Of a stretch of DNA of 64,000 nt, positions 11,313 to 23,206 are shown piece after piece (position 1 is the stretch's first letter; each line of letters starts with the position of its first letter). Under the pieces are notes generated by a model that worked only from the letters and a program-made list of their open reading frames with translations, was not told the origin of the DNA and did not search any database. Source of the DNA: Yuukianura sp. NJ FZ-2021 (taxonomy: Eukaryota); contig CM102287.1 of NCBI GenBank assembly GCA_046563655.1, forward strand, positions 9,920,001 to 9,984,000, given 5' to 3'. The position numbers were made by a program, and so were the translations under genes.

Positions 11313-14256
11313 ATGGATTCTGAATCTGCCCGAGAGAATGAAATCGGCAGCGTTCCGGTTCCTGAATCCAACGAAGTGGAAAGTGAAAGTCAGTCCAGTG
11401 AAACCAGAAACGACGAAAATTTTGGAGTTTTGGCGACAAGTGAAAATCTGGTTGATGCTGTTCAAAATGTCACTGATGTTGTTCAAAATGTCGCCAATGT
11501 CGTTCAAAATGTCGTCGATGTTATTCAAAATGTCGCAGAAGATGGAACTCAAACGCTAGCAGAAGAAGGGAATTCTGTAAAAAAAAAAAAACTTTCTGAA
11601 ATTCTTGAAGATTTTTAAATTGTTAGAAACACTTTTGCTTAAAATTTTTTAGAACACAGTCATTCCTCGGACGTTTTCGCACGACACGAATCTGAATGTC
11701 GTAGAGTGCTACGACATTTTTTGGGATGCACGCTGCGACGGTTCGTCCAAGTCGCAACTCCACTCGTTTCTGCATCAAGACGCTCCGTGTCGGTTCATCG
11801 TTCCTCCCGATCTGGAATTTCAAATCTACCTAGAAACTAATGGTAACGTACAAAAATGCTGACTTTGCTGACCTTCTGACTTTGCTGACTTTTGATCTTC
11901 TGACTTTTTCAGGTCAGCCTAGCAAGGTCGCGAGCCCTCCAGCATCGGAAGAGACAAGCATTTACTACGACGCTCTTGAGACGCAGGCCGAAGACGAGAG
12001 CGACGACGACAGTGTGTCGTACACCATTGGAGGCGGAGTTAAGCCGAGAAAGAGAAGTTGTGTGGCGGTGAGCTGGTTTCAAAATAAAATTTTATGAAAT
12101 TTTTCGAAATTTCGGAAAACCCTTTTTTTGAAATCTCAATATTGGCGACATTACCTAGTCCAGAAATGGTGCTGTTGCTGTTGTCGTAAACCAGAGAAAT
12201 ACGAAGAACCGGAAGACGACATCGATGACACTTTGTTTCTAGCGACCGACGACACCAAATCGACAACGCAAGACAAGGCCACATCTGACACCAACACAGT
12301 TTCTAAAGCGTACGTCAAAAGTCATCACAAAATATGTTAAAACGAAGTTAAAAGTTAAAATTTTGTGTTAAAAGTCGGAGCAACCGCAGACTTCGCTCAG
12401 CCAAGAGCAAAGTTTCTTCTAAAGCTGTCAACGTCGCCTCGAGAGACTTCGGCCCCGCGAAATTGCCACACGAACGACGCAAGCGCGTTCCAGAAAGACC
12501 TGACAAAAACATGAGTTTGTGGGGCGTCCTCAAACATGCAATGAGCAAAGACATTTCACGGTAAGGTCAAAAGGCAAAAGTCAAAGGCAAAAAGTCAAAA
12601 GGCAAAAGTCAAATGCAAAAAGTCAAAAGGAAAAGTTGAAGTTAAAAGTTAAAAGTCAAAAGGCAAAAAGATGAAAGGCAAAAGTTAAAAGGCACAAGTT
12701 AAAAGTCAAAAGTCAAAAGGCAAAAGTCAAAAATTAAAAGTCAAAAAGCAAAAAGGAAAAGGTCAAAATTTTGCCTTCCACGTCAAATCCTTGTGTTGTT
12801 TCTAGGAGTCCACTTCCAGTACATTTTTCTGAACCGCTGTCCATGCTGCAGCGATTGGCAGAAGACTACGAATACAGCGATTTGCTGGACAAGGCTTCCA
12901 GATCGGAGGATGCACTGGAACAACTTTGCTATGTCGCAGCGTTCACTGTCGCAAGTTATTGCAACACAGCAGTAAGTAATTCCTGGAAACTAATTTTAGA
13001 AAAGGTGAAATTTTTTAAAATTTTTACTTTTTTTTCAAAATTTCAAGATTCGAACTTACAAGCCTTTTAATCCTCTGTTGGGTGAGACGTTTGAACTGGA
13101 CCGTATGGATGACATGGGATTTAAGTACATCAGTGAACAAGGTAGGCGTGACCTCTTGACCTTTCAATTTTTCTAGAAAACGTCTTTTAAAACAAGTTTT
13201 TCAAAAAGTAAGCCACCATCCACCAACGGCTGCTACACACTGCGAAGGCGCTGCTGGCTGGATATGCTGGCAGGATTTGACAATGTACAGCAAATGGCAC
13301 ATGAATACTTGCGATTTCAATCCTACTGGAGTTGCTCACTTGACATTTACCGCCAGCGGTAAGTAAACCTTGATCTTTTGTGACCTTGACCTTTGATGAC
13401 CTTGACCTTTCGTGACCTTGAAGGTCATCACTACACTTGGAAAAAGGTGACGACTGTGGTACATAATCTAATCATGGGGAAGCTTTGGGTTGACCAAGTT
13501 GGTGACGCGGTCGTCATCAATCACATTACCGGAGATACTTGCAAGCTCCAGTTTCTACCCAACGGAAGAAAGCAGGTAACTTTTTTGACCTCCGAGGCCA
13601 TGCTGGATGCTGACCTTTGACCTTTGCAGGTCACTGGGACAGTCGCAACAAAAAGTGGACAGGTCAAGATGACAATTTCTGGAAACTGGGATGATCAGCT
13701 CACCGCAACGCCCAAACCATCAGGATATCCCCTACTTCTGTGGAAAATCAAACGCCCTGCGTACGATTTCTGCAATTCAGAGGAAAAGTGTGACCTGCTT
13801 GACCTTTCTTTTATTTAGATCTGGCTCTGACAAGTACTACTACATGACCGAATTTGCATGTCAACTGAACGAAATGGAACCGGGAATAGCTCCGACCGAC
13901 TCCCGCCTTCGTCCAGATCAGCGTCTCATGGAGAACGGTCTGTTTGATGAAGCCAACGCTGAAAAGGGGAGACTGGAAGACAAGCAGCGACGAGAAGCGA
14001 AGAAGTGGGAATCAGATGAGCCCAAAAGTGTATCGAGTAAGTTGAGCTGGACATGGAAATTTCAAAGGTCAAAGGTCACGGTTCGTCTTTTGAATTTTTA
14101 GGTAGCAGTGTCACAGTTCAGAAGAAACCATACACACCTCGATGGTTCAAAAAAGGGAAGGACGACACAACTTCTCAAGTTGGTTTCATCTATACTCAAA
14201 TGTACTGGGAACGGAAACGACAAAAGAATTGGTCAATGTGTCCTAACATTTACTAA
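11313..14256 (+). CDS. Oxysterol-binding protein family member (ORD domain, no PH domain seen)
   Basis: Multi-exon; ORD motifs [58 protein letters not shown] (split by intron 13142-13208), [39 protein letters not shown]. The N-terminal exons (11313-~12310) are less certain. Confidence 0.9.
11452..11538 (+). repeat. In-frame 21-bp coding tandem repeat (VQNVxDV x4)
   Basis: GTTCAAAATGTC...GAT/AAT units repeated with period 21 in the first exon of the OSBP-family gene. Confidence 0.8.
12562..12770 (+). repeat. Intronic degenerate ~6-7/13-bp tandem repeat (AAAGGC/AAAGTC)
   Basis: aaggtcaaaaggcaaaagtcaaaggcaaaaagtc... fills most of an OSBP intron. Confidence 0.85.
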
Positions 14257-14433
14257 ATTTTTAAAATTAATTGGAATTGTACGACTCACCAAGTTGTGGT
14301 ATGCACGTTTTTATTATAATTGAGAATATAAGCGGAAAATTTGAAGAGGCGGGAACAAGCAGCGAATGAAAGCTTACTTCAACCATTAACAAAAGATGCA
14401 TGGAGCAGGAGCACATGTGACGAAGGATGAAAC

Positions 14434-14770
14434 CGGTTGACCTTGACCCGGAAGGAGTTGCCCCACCGGGATGATATTCAATAGCGAACATCACCGGGTC
14501 ACTAGGTGTCCACCGGTGAAAACAGATCCCGGAAATGTTGAGCCGTTTCGGAGATAATTGACGTCGACGGACGGACGGACGGACAAACAGACAAGGTCAA
14601 ACCATAAAGTAACTTAAGAAGGGACAGTTCAAAGGTCAAGATGGAATTGACACACAAGAGACTAGTACAACTTCCAAGCCATACTACACTTTTTTTCTAG
14701 TGGAACTAGGCACACCACTTTTCTCAAACGCCTCAGGCGTTTCAAACACAAATTCCAATGATGCGTGGAA
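14434..14770. mobile_element. Helitron/Helentron (DINE-1/HINE-like) non-autonomous fragment
   Basis: GCCGTTTCGGAGATA followed by a (GACG)n/GACA microsatellite (14565-14592) typical of HINE-type elements; then a ~150-bp block with hairpin AAACGCC-TCA-GGCGTTT that is repeated at 16284-16441. Confidence 0.5.
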
Positions 14771-14973
14771 CAGGCATCATTGGAATTCTAAACAGAAATT
14801 CTAAACAGCGCCCAAAAACAAAAAAAAAAACTTTTGTTCTAATCTTTGAACAGAAAAAAAACATGACGGCGGCGGAGTAAAAAAGTTATCAGTTATTTGG
14901 TCATTTTGAAAATTAAAAAGCTGAAGACTGCGCATTCGCTGTTTTGAGCTCTTTAGTAACAGTTTGAGATTCA

Positions 14974-15505
14974 ACTGAAATTACTTTATTAATTGATCAC
15001 AACTAGCAGCGGACTTTGCATTTTTGTTGGTCGTCAAACTACAAACTATAACTTAGTGAATTAATTACGACTTACTTCGTTGCAAATTACTTGACTTTGT
15101 AAAATCGTGTCATGCAAAGTACACAAAAAAAAGCAATTCCAGAGAAAAAAAGTTAGATAAATTATAAATGTAATTTATTTTAACAATGGACTTTACTACT
15201 AACTCACTTCTTCAAAATGAAATGTCAATTTTTCATTTTTAAACCTGAAATTTCAGTTTTTATTTTTCATCGAATTAAGTTGTGGTGACTTGGATCATGA
15301 ATTACTTTGAATTACTTCATCAGCATCAACATGCATAAACACGCAAAAAACTAAGCAAAATGTTTTTTTAACTGAAATTACTTTGTTAATTAGTCACAAC
15401 TGCAGCGAAATTTGAATTGTTGGTTGTCCAACTACAAAGTATAACTTAGGAATTACGAACTACCTGAAATTACTTAATTACGAATTACTTGAATTACTTC
15501 AGCAT
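14974..15505 (+). repeat. ~110-bp direct repeat pair (14974-~15090 and 15371-~15480)
   Basis: actgaaattacttt.ttaatt..tcacaact.gcagcg...ttggt.gtc.aactacaaa.tataacttag occurs twice. Confidence 0.75.
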
Positions 15506-15573
15506 TTAAAGGCCTGATGAAAAAAGTAGGACTGAAACGCGATTTGAGCCGAAGTTGTGTGGATCGAGATTCG

Positions 15574-16004
15574 CTAGTTAGCTTCGTCCACTTCCTTTTT
15601 GAGTTGTTTGAGTGGCTCCCGGAGCATTTGTAGTCCTTCCTGCAAAGCGTTGGCCTTCGCCTCCTTTGCCGCTATGGCGCGTTCTAGTTCGTCGGAAGGC
15701 GGGGATCCTTGCATCTCCTTAATATCTTCGCGAAGATCCCACAGCTCACCGCATTTTGAGTTCTTAAAGTTTTGAAATGCCAGTAGTCCTACATTCACTC
15801 CTTCTGCATTCCTCTTCTTCATCTGAAAAGATGAAAAGTACAACGTTAGTCACAACATCAAATCAAATTTAAAATTTAAACAAACATTTGTTTCCCAACT
15901 CCTACCAGAAGGTCAACTCTGGCATCCCACCAATCCGAATCCGAAATTTTTAGAGCCTTAAAAGCTTCGCAAACAGCTTTTAGTGATTCATTGTCACTGT
16001 CCAT
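15574..16004 (-). CDS. Two-exon orphan coiled-coil protein (~115 aa)
   Basis: Exons 16004-15906 and 15822-15574, phase 0: MDSDNESLKAVCEAFKALKISDSDWWDARVDLL|MKKRNAEG...LREPLKQLKKEVDEAN*. Confidence 0.55.
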
Positions 16005-16283
16005 GACTGAGCTTCTAACAACACTGACTTCGCACACTTTGTAACAGTATGTCTCTTGACCTCTCCAAAATTTGACTCAATTTTAAGAAACTACCTCGTT
16101 TCAATTCTAGATGACTTCTGACCAAAACCAAAATGTCCGTTCCGTCTTACCTGTCTAATTTTTATCAATTGGGAGGATGTAAACTTGGTCTTACCTTGAA
16201 TAGAATCGGAGTTCCCCCTAGTCTTTGTCCGTTTTTGTAAAAAGTACTACAAATTAGATTAACTCAGGATTAGAGGTCAAGTA

Positions 16284-16441
16284 GGGGACAGTTGGAAGGT
16301 CAAGACGAAATTGACACACGAGAGTCTAGTACAACTTCCAAGCCATACTACACTTTGTTTCCCTGTCGACGTGGAACTAGTCACAGGACTTTTGTCAAAC
16401 GCCTCAGGCGTTTCAAACACAAATTCCAATGATGCGTGGAA
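16284..16441. mobile_element. Second copy of the ~150-bp hairpin-containing repeat
   Basis: Direct repeat of 14620-14770, including ctagtacaacttccaagccatactacac and aaacgcctcaggcgtttcaaacacaaattccaatgatgcgtggaa. Confidence 0.7.
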
Positions 16442-16747
16442 TAGGCTTCTGAACAACCAAAACAACCTGTTCTAAAATCTTTAAACTAAAACTTTTAAAC
16501 CTAAAAACAGTACACACAACATAGCCGGTTTCAAGGCTGATTGAAGAAAAGGAATGCCCTTTAATAATTTCTAAGAGTCAAATTAAAAAATATATCAACA
16601 TTCCCAAAATTTGCCATCATGAAGCCGAAACATCCAAATTTTCCAAACTTTCAAATTCTGCGTCGAGTACACTCGAAGGTCACGAAGAAGATTGTTGAGG
16701 AAGTATGACGGCAGTCTGGATTCGTTTCTTGCGATACTGGATGCTGT

Positions 16748-17268
16748 TCATAACGTCACGTTTTTCAACGGTTCTTCGATGTGTTGGACGATTGCATTTG
16801 CTTTTGCTTGAAGCAAGCCTATGGCCGTATCGGCTTTGGCATAGAGACACAGAAGTACGTTTGCGACAGCCTTGATTGCGACACGTCCCTCCTAAAAATC
16901 GCAATGTACAGAGTTAATTCTCTAAAGTCGACGTTAACCAATTAGTTTGTGACTAATTAACTTACACTGCAGTCCAGGAGTACAATCGACAGCTTATCGT
17001 CGGTCAGGGCACTGCGACCAACTCGTTCGTAAATGTTCCAAATGTTGCTGGCAATTGCTGCCGTGACCCGGGCATCTCCATCGCCATATCCACTGTAGGC
17101 TAGTAAAGACCCTTCGCGAGACAAAAGCCTAGTACACAAATCAATTGATTAGTTGTAAACTTAAACTTTGTGATTAATCAATTATTGATCAACTTACAGT
17201 GTGTTTTGTACTCCTGCAGTGTTTGCTTCGCTCAGTACTTTCGTAAGTGCCTTTGGTTTTAACATCAT
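16748..17268 (-). CDS. LAMTOR2: Ragulator complex protein LAMTOR2 (p14, roadblock fold)
   Basis: Exons 17268-17198, 17128-16966, 16891-16748: [53 protein letters not shown]...[19 protein letters not shown]...[10 protein letters not shown]. Confidence 0.96.
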
Positions 17269-18322
17269 CTGGAAATAACAAGGAAAGATGTAACAAAAAA
17301 GTTAACGATTAACGAACAGTTGTGTTTTTTGTCGAGTCTCATATGTTGTCTTTGACCTAATTAACAAGATTAATCGAAGGATTTGTTGGTAAACAAAAAA
17401 CGAAGGCGTATAACGGAATTTAATTCCAGTAGATTGCCTGAGGCTGTTTTTTTTAAGTCTGTGCCTTTCCATAACATGTGAGTCACATGAGTCATATGAT
17501 TCAAAGGAAGGAGATGCGTATCAATTATCTCCAAAAATCCGCATCTCAAAAGTAGCGAAAGTTATACCTTTCAAAACAAAATCCAAATTTTGAATACTAA
17601 TTAACTACGATTTACGATGGAAATTATCCTCTGCTAAAATGATGCTAATTTGTAGAAAAATGAAATATATGAGTCCTTCCGGAAATTTGCAAAAACCATT
17701 GTTGCAAAATCCGATTTTTCAAAAATCTTGTATGTTTCAACTACAAAAAATTCCTGGAAGTATTAATTATTTTGACATTTAAACCTAGTAATTGGACTTC
17801 TGGCTTGCTACGTCATTTTATTTGTAAAAGTAATTGTTCCTTTCAGCAATTGCAGAATTAGCAAGAGTCGAGTCGTTCCAAAATCTGTACAGGAGGACAG
17901 AGCTACAAAGAGTTTTCATATAGTAGGTTACATAGTGTCCTTTCGTTGCCATGGTGATGTGTGATCATTCGCTTGTCCGTTTGGAATGTTGTAGATGTGG
18001 GTGAAAGTGTTATTGGGAAGTGACGTCAGGTTCTTCACCTTCCTCCTTGTTCGTCCATCCGTGTTCACTACTTTGCAGATTCGTTCAATTACTAATTGAT
18101 TAACTTGTGAACACACGGTGACTGCATGTGTTACTACACTGTTGAGTAACTTTGAGGGGCCAAAGTTTGTGATGAAGGGATTGGATACTAACCTGCTACT
18201 GACTTGTTAACGGTTAAGCTAAGAAGTTAATTTATATCAACTAATTAGTTTAGCTACGCAGTCTATCCAATTTACTGTAACGGTAATCGGAGTAACTACG
18301 ATCATCTGTTATCATTGCTACG

Positions 18323-19396
18323 ATGGATAACTTCAAATCAGCTGAGGATGCAGCTCGGTTCTGGATGGAACAGGCCAACAATTACAAAGCGCAGTGAGTC
18401 AATTGCCTTAAAATTAAGCTAATTGTTGATTAACTAATTGAGTTCAACTAATCGTTTGCAATTCTGCGTACTGTAGATTAGAAGCCGTTAGCCGAGAATA
18501 TGCCGAATTCGTAGAGGGGTCAAAGGCCCTTGAAAACGAACTTGAACTTGACTTGCAACAGAATGTGGCCAAAAACAGGGACTTGAATGCGTGTGTGATT
18601 AAGCTCAAGAATGAAAACGAAGGACTAAGGGTAAGGAGAGGTCAAAGGTCAATGGTATTCTCAATCTCAAGTACTTGAAGGTAAATATTCTGTCGTTGTA
18701 TTTGTAGCATCGAGTAGACGTTCAGAATCAGAACGAAATTCGTCAACAGACGGAATCTTCACAAGAAACAGCCGCTCTTAGGAAGCAACTGGAGGAACTC
18801 AAACGTCAAATTCGTCAATTGGAACAAAACAACGACGACCTTGAGAAAAGAAACAGAGCTGCCCAGCAAAGTATCGATGACCTGGACACTAAAATCAACG
18901 GGATCATTGAAAGAAACGCTATTCTGGAAAGTGAGTTGGACGAAAAGGAGCAACTGAAGATTCTTGCACAACGATTTCGAGACGAAAGTAGAGGTAACGT
19001 ATACAGAACTTCTCAATTAACACAATTAATTGAGAATTTGCTAATTAACTGATTAATTGTTTGTCCTTTGCAGATCTCCGTTCCGAACTGCAGGTTATTC
19101 GACAGCAAGCTCAAACGCCAGCTCCGCAAGATTCAAATCGGACTGAAATTCAAGTGCCTCCTGCAGGTAATCAGATTCTCCAAAAAACTAACATTTTTCA
19201 GAATTTTTTGAAAAAGTTGATAACTCGTTTTCGTTTTTTCTCTTTTTTAGTTCGTGTCAGGTCAAATCCGATTTCGATTGTGAACGATCTACTAAGAAAA
19301 GTTGGAGTAATTGAGAACAAGCTGGCTGCTGCTGCCTGTCATCGCAGAGAGGATCAACCTTCCAAGAGGTTCGTCCTTTCTAACAAAAACAATTAG
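18323..19396 (+). CDS. nudE: Nuclear distribution protein NudE (NDE1/NDEL1 family)
   Basis: Five exons: EYAEFVEGSKALENELELDL, IRQLEQNNDDLEKRNR, IERNAILESELDEKEQL..QRFRDESRDLRSELQV, ISIVNDLLRKVGVIENKLA. Confidence 0.93.
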
Positions 19397-20782
19397 AAAA
19401 TATCCAATTATCTCAACTTAGCTGAGATAATTTATCTCCAATTATCTTCAATTATCCCTGGCAGTCTAAGATCTCTCTCCGCACAGCTTCTTAGTTTCTT
19501 CTTGTAGCATAGAAAGCACTGTGTAGTTAGCTCTATTTACTCTGTATGTCTTGTCTTGGCTTTTACTCACACATTTATTTTTTGAAAACGTTTTTCTGCT
19601 TCTATAAAAACGTAGTTTTTCAATAATCGTTTTTGACAGCTCTTGATTCTTCCTTTTGTCTTGTTTCTTTTTACTCTGTTCACTTTGTAGACAGAAACGG
19701 TGGACGGCTGAGAAAGTGAATTAATCAAGGAATGCATCAAATTCAGAAAAAAAGTCGATTTTTGTCCCTTGTCCTTTTCAAAAACTTTTTTGTAGAAAAG
19801 TATTTCCTGCTCCCACCACAACAAATGCTGGCAGTACTCCTGAACCACGAATACACTTTACAACAGTAGGCGGTGTGGGAACGATTAATTCAGTGAGCAA
19901 CCACACGGCCCCTGCCATGACACCGTTCTACGTTGACAAAAAAGACACCGACAGTCGCCGTAGTCCTTTCTGTTGTTTCTCTGTAATTAACTAAAATCTA
20001 ATTAGTTTCACTTTTAAGTTACACCCGTAAACTATTACTAAAATTGCGCAATTTTAGTTACAACTTACAACGCATTAACACCTCAAAAGTAGTAAGGGCT
20101 TGAGAACGTTAAACTGCGGAGGTCAAAGGTCACGTTAGGTCAAGGTAATCGTAAACCCTAACATTGTAATAACAGCCCCTTTTCTGCATTTATGTTTAAA
20201 TTTTTAAATAAGTTAAAAAATTTAATTTAAAGTTAATCCATTTAATCAAAACCAGTCATTAATTGGACGATCAATTATTTTCTAGTTTATATTTTAAAAC
20301 ACACAAAGTGTTACTAATCGAGAAAAAAAAAATTTCAGCCCGGCATGTAATGAACTATGGTTGTTTGTTGGGAATAAAATCAGGCTATTTTGATATTTTT
20401 AAAAACGTTTTAAATTTTCAATCAACCAAACGCAAACGTTTTTTTCACAATTTATTACCGGACTTGTTTCAAACGGGTTTCAAAAGTTTGAAGTTTTACA
20501 ACGAATTAAACTTATTTTAAATACAATTACACTACGAAGCTCCATTTAGGTACATTTTCTACATGTTTTACATTTACACATGTGCTAAATTTACACATGT
20601 GTGTAAATGTGACATCTAAATTACATGTGTGGTGAATTCGTTTTCTGCGTTGAAAGCAAATTGAAGGATTCTCGGTTACAATTAGTCTGTCTTTCTCTTG
20701 TAGTTTCTCGAATTTTCAACTTTCGAAAAATTTTTCAATTTTTGAAAAAATTTAAATCTGAATTGGTTCCATTGTGAGTGAT

Positions 20783-22153
20783 TTAAATTGAGGATGTCTG
20801 GATGTTATTAGTGAGGTCAGGCAGATTCGTCGTTTCTGTTGCACTGACCTTGTTCCGTTTTCTCCAGAACATCAAATTGCGAAATGTCCAGGATGTTGAC
20901 GATGTCAACTTGGACTTGGCCGGATCCAATGCATGTCCATTGTGTCCATGTCCATTCGACACGTCATAATGTTGTAGACGTCCGTTCTTGGTAATAGTTG
21001 ATGGTCCACTATGGGCAGAATGCGTTGGTAGGCGAGGAGTTGGTTGATTGAGATCAATTTCCGTCATCCTGTTCCACGTCAGATCTTGATTTTGGTACAT
21101 TTGAGCCGGAAACTGCTTGGCAACATTTTCATCCAGCACAGTCAGTTCCTCTTCTTGCAAGCATTTGGTCATTTTCTCTGCCACTTCAGACTTGGTCGAT
21201 TGAATTGATTTTGAGGGTGACGGGATTCGGTGGTCCGGTTTCAAGTATTCGTAAGTCGTCATTCCCTTGGCACAAATGTAGACATGAAAAGCACAAAGAT
21301 GAGCCAAGGTCACGAAGATCACGAGCAGCATGAACAGACTTGTGCCAATGGCAATCGTTTTTCCGATTTTATCTTCCGTTGGTTCCTCAAAATCCAGGAT
21401 TTCCAGTGCCGAATGGTTTCCGGAACGGTCGGTATCGTTGGTACCGGTTCCGATACTTTCTAGATTGTAGAAATCAGATGCATTGGGATTAGATAGTTGT
21501 GAGATGTTGAAATTATTTGGTGGTCTGACGACCGGTAGATGAGGTGGATCGTGATTCCAAATGTAAATGAGTGACATGACAAAGCAGACGGCGACCACCA
21601 GAGAGCCAATGGTAGCCGTGACGACAGATCCAAAAAAGAAAACGTAATTGCGACGTCCAATGCAATGGTTGAGCCAGCGACAGTGATGGTCAAATCCCTC
21701 CACACATTTGTTGCACAAACTGCAGTGTTTCGTGCGTGGATTCGTGACGGAGATGTTGCAAAGGTGACACCTTCCATTCTCAATGACATGCTGATGTTTC
21801 GTTTTGTCAAATTCTGGAACCTGTTCCTTCGTATTTCCCACTCTGACGTCCGGATGTGCTGGATCCAGCAGCATCGCGAGCAAGTATAAAGTCCAAATCA
21901 AAGTAAAGAAGAATCCAGTGGTGCAGTAGAAGGCTGGAAATGCTTCTGGGTAGATGTTGGACGAAATGACGGTGTATGAGAAAATGGGAAAGAACAGGAG
22001 ACAGATCCAGCCACAGATTTGTTGCGGGTGAAGCGGTAGTTGAATACCGTTGATTCGGCGCCATTTTCGGTGTTGTGGTTCCATCTGAATGAGGTTGTTC
22101 TGGAGCGAGCAAGTGTTGGACAGGCAAGCCGAGCAGCCTTTCTCTTCAAGCAT
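20783..22153 (-). CDS. DHHC palmitoyltransferase, ZDHHC1/ZDHHC11-like; single coding exon
   Basis: 456-aa ORF with CHLCN...[36 protein letters not shown], four TM segments, and N-terminal [14 protein letters not shown] typical of ZDHHC1/11. Confidence 0.93.
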   Translation of the reverse strand: MLEEKGCSACLSNTCSLQNNLIQMEPQHRKWRRINGIQLPLHPQQICGWICLLFFPIFSYTVISSNIYPEAFPAFYCTTGFFFTLIWTLYLLAMLLDPAHPDVRVGNTKEQVPEFDKTKHQHVIENGRCHLCNISVTNPRTKHCSLCNKCVEGFDHHCRWLNHCIGRRNYVFFFGSVVTATIGSLVVAVCFVMSLIYIWNHDPPHLPVVRPPNNFNISQLSNPNASDFYNLESIGTGTNDTDRSGNHSALEILDFEEPTEDKIGKTIAIGTSLFMLLVIFVTLAHLCAFHVYICAKGMTTYEYLKPDHRIPSPSKSIQSTKSEVAEKMTKCLQEEELTVLDENVAKQFPAQMYQNQDLTWNRMTEIDLNQPTPRLPTHSAHSGPSTITKNGRLQHYDVSNGHGHNGHALDPAKSKLTSSTSWTFRNLMFWRKRNKVSATETTNLPDLTNNIQTSSI

Positions 22154-22944
22154 CTAACAAAAATCGACCAAAACTGTTAAAAATTCGTTTTGAAATCGTT
22201 TTCAAATTCTTGCCAACTAATCAGACCAACTGAGCTCAGCATCAACAAATTCCTCACCGTCGTGTCGCTTAGTGACGAAGTAAAGGTTCATGGACTACTG
22301 CAGCTACTTAAGTTTGTGATGCGGTAAACTTTTGTCCACCGACCTGTTGACCTGAAAAACAAAACAATAAGGAAGTTATGACTTGTTCCAGATGCTTTAG
22401 AACTTAAAACTTTAGTTGCCTGACAACAATAGTAAGTAATGAAATGGTGATTTGGTACCCTATGGAACTATTTGTTTCCTGGTCACGTCACAAGTCAGTT
22501 ATCTCGTTCCATGGTAAGCTCTACTGCTGTAAGTATGTCAGTTTAGGTACGAGGACGCCGAGTCGACTGTCTTTAGTTTATCACTATTTAATTTCCTTTT
22601 GTTTTTCTTCGTAGCTCTTCCTCCAGCAAGCAGAAGAGTCCACGACGACGATTATCAGACGACGATAGCAGACTTTCGTTTAGGTATGACTTCTTAGAGA
22701 GGATTAGTATGTTCCGCACCAAGGACTTCCAGAATGCGACTTAGAGAAGCTACAACATGAAGAGAAAGGAATCAGTCAATGTCAATGTGTCACTTATTTC
22801 TGAGAATTGGTCACGGGAGAGAGTATTACCTTGAGTAAATTCCTAAGTTAATTAGTAATTGATCGATCCATCTGCTGAGATGTTTACCTGAGATAATGGC
22901 AGGAGTTAAACTTTTACACCTGGAAGTGGAGCTCTGGAACTCTC

Positions 22945-22985
22945 AGCCAATCAGAGAGCTCCATTTTCAAATCTGGAGGCGGGAA
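22945..22985. promoter_or_regulatory. CCAAT box plus E2F-like site in the ZDHHC/POFUT1 divergent promoter
   Basis: AGCCAATCAG at 22945 and GGCGGGAA at 22978, between head-to-head genes. Confidence 0.5.
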
Positions 22986-23206
22986 CCTGTTTGTTGTGCT
23001 TTTTCCACTGTCAGCTGATCTGTCAACGGTCATCATCCGGCTTTCTGGAATTCGGGGTCAACGAAGGTCACAACGGTAAGATAAGTTACTTCGATTATCT
23101 AATTTCAATTAATTGATTAACGATAACGTACTTGTACCGTTTTTGTATCCAGGAAAACATCCACAGATCCGACACATTCAGAAAACCGGAAAGTTATCAG
23201 GGTGCG

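Noticed and set aside
16680..16904. 74-aa ORF from the ORF track
   Set aside because: Alternate frame over LAMTOR2 exon 3.
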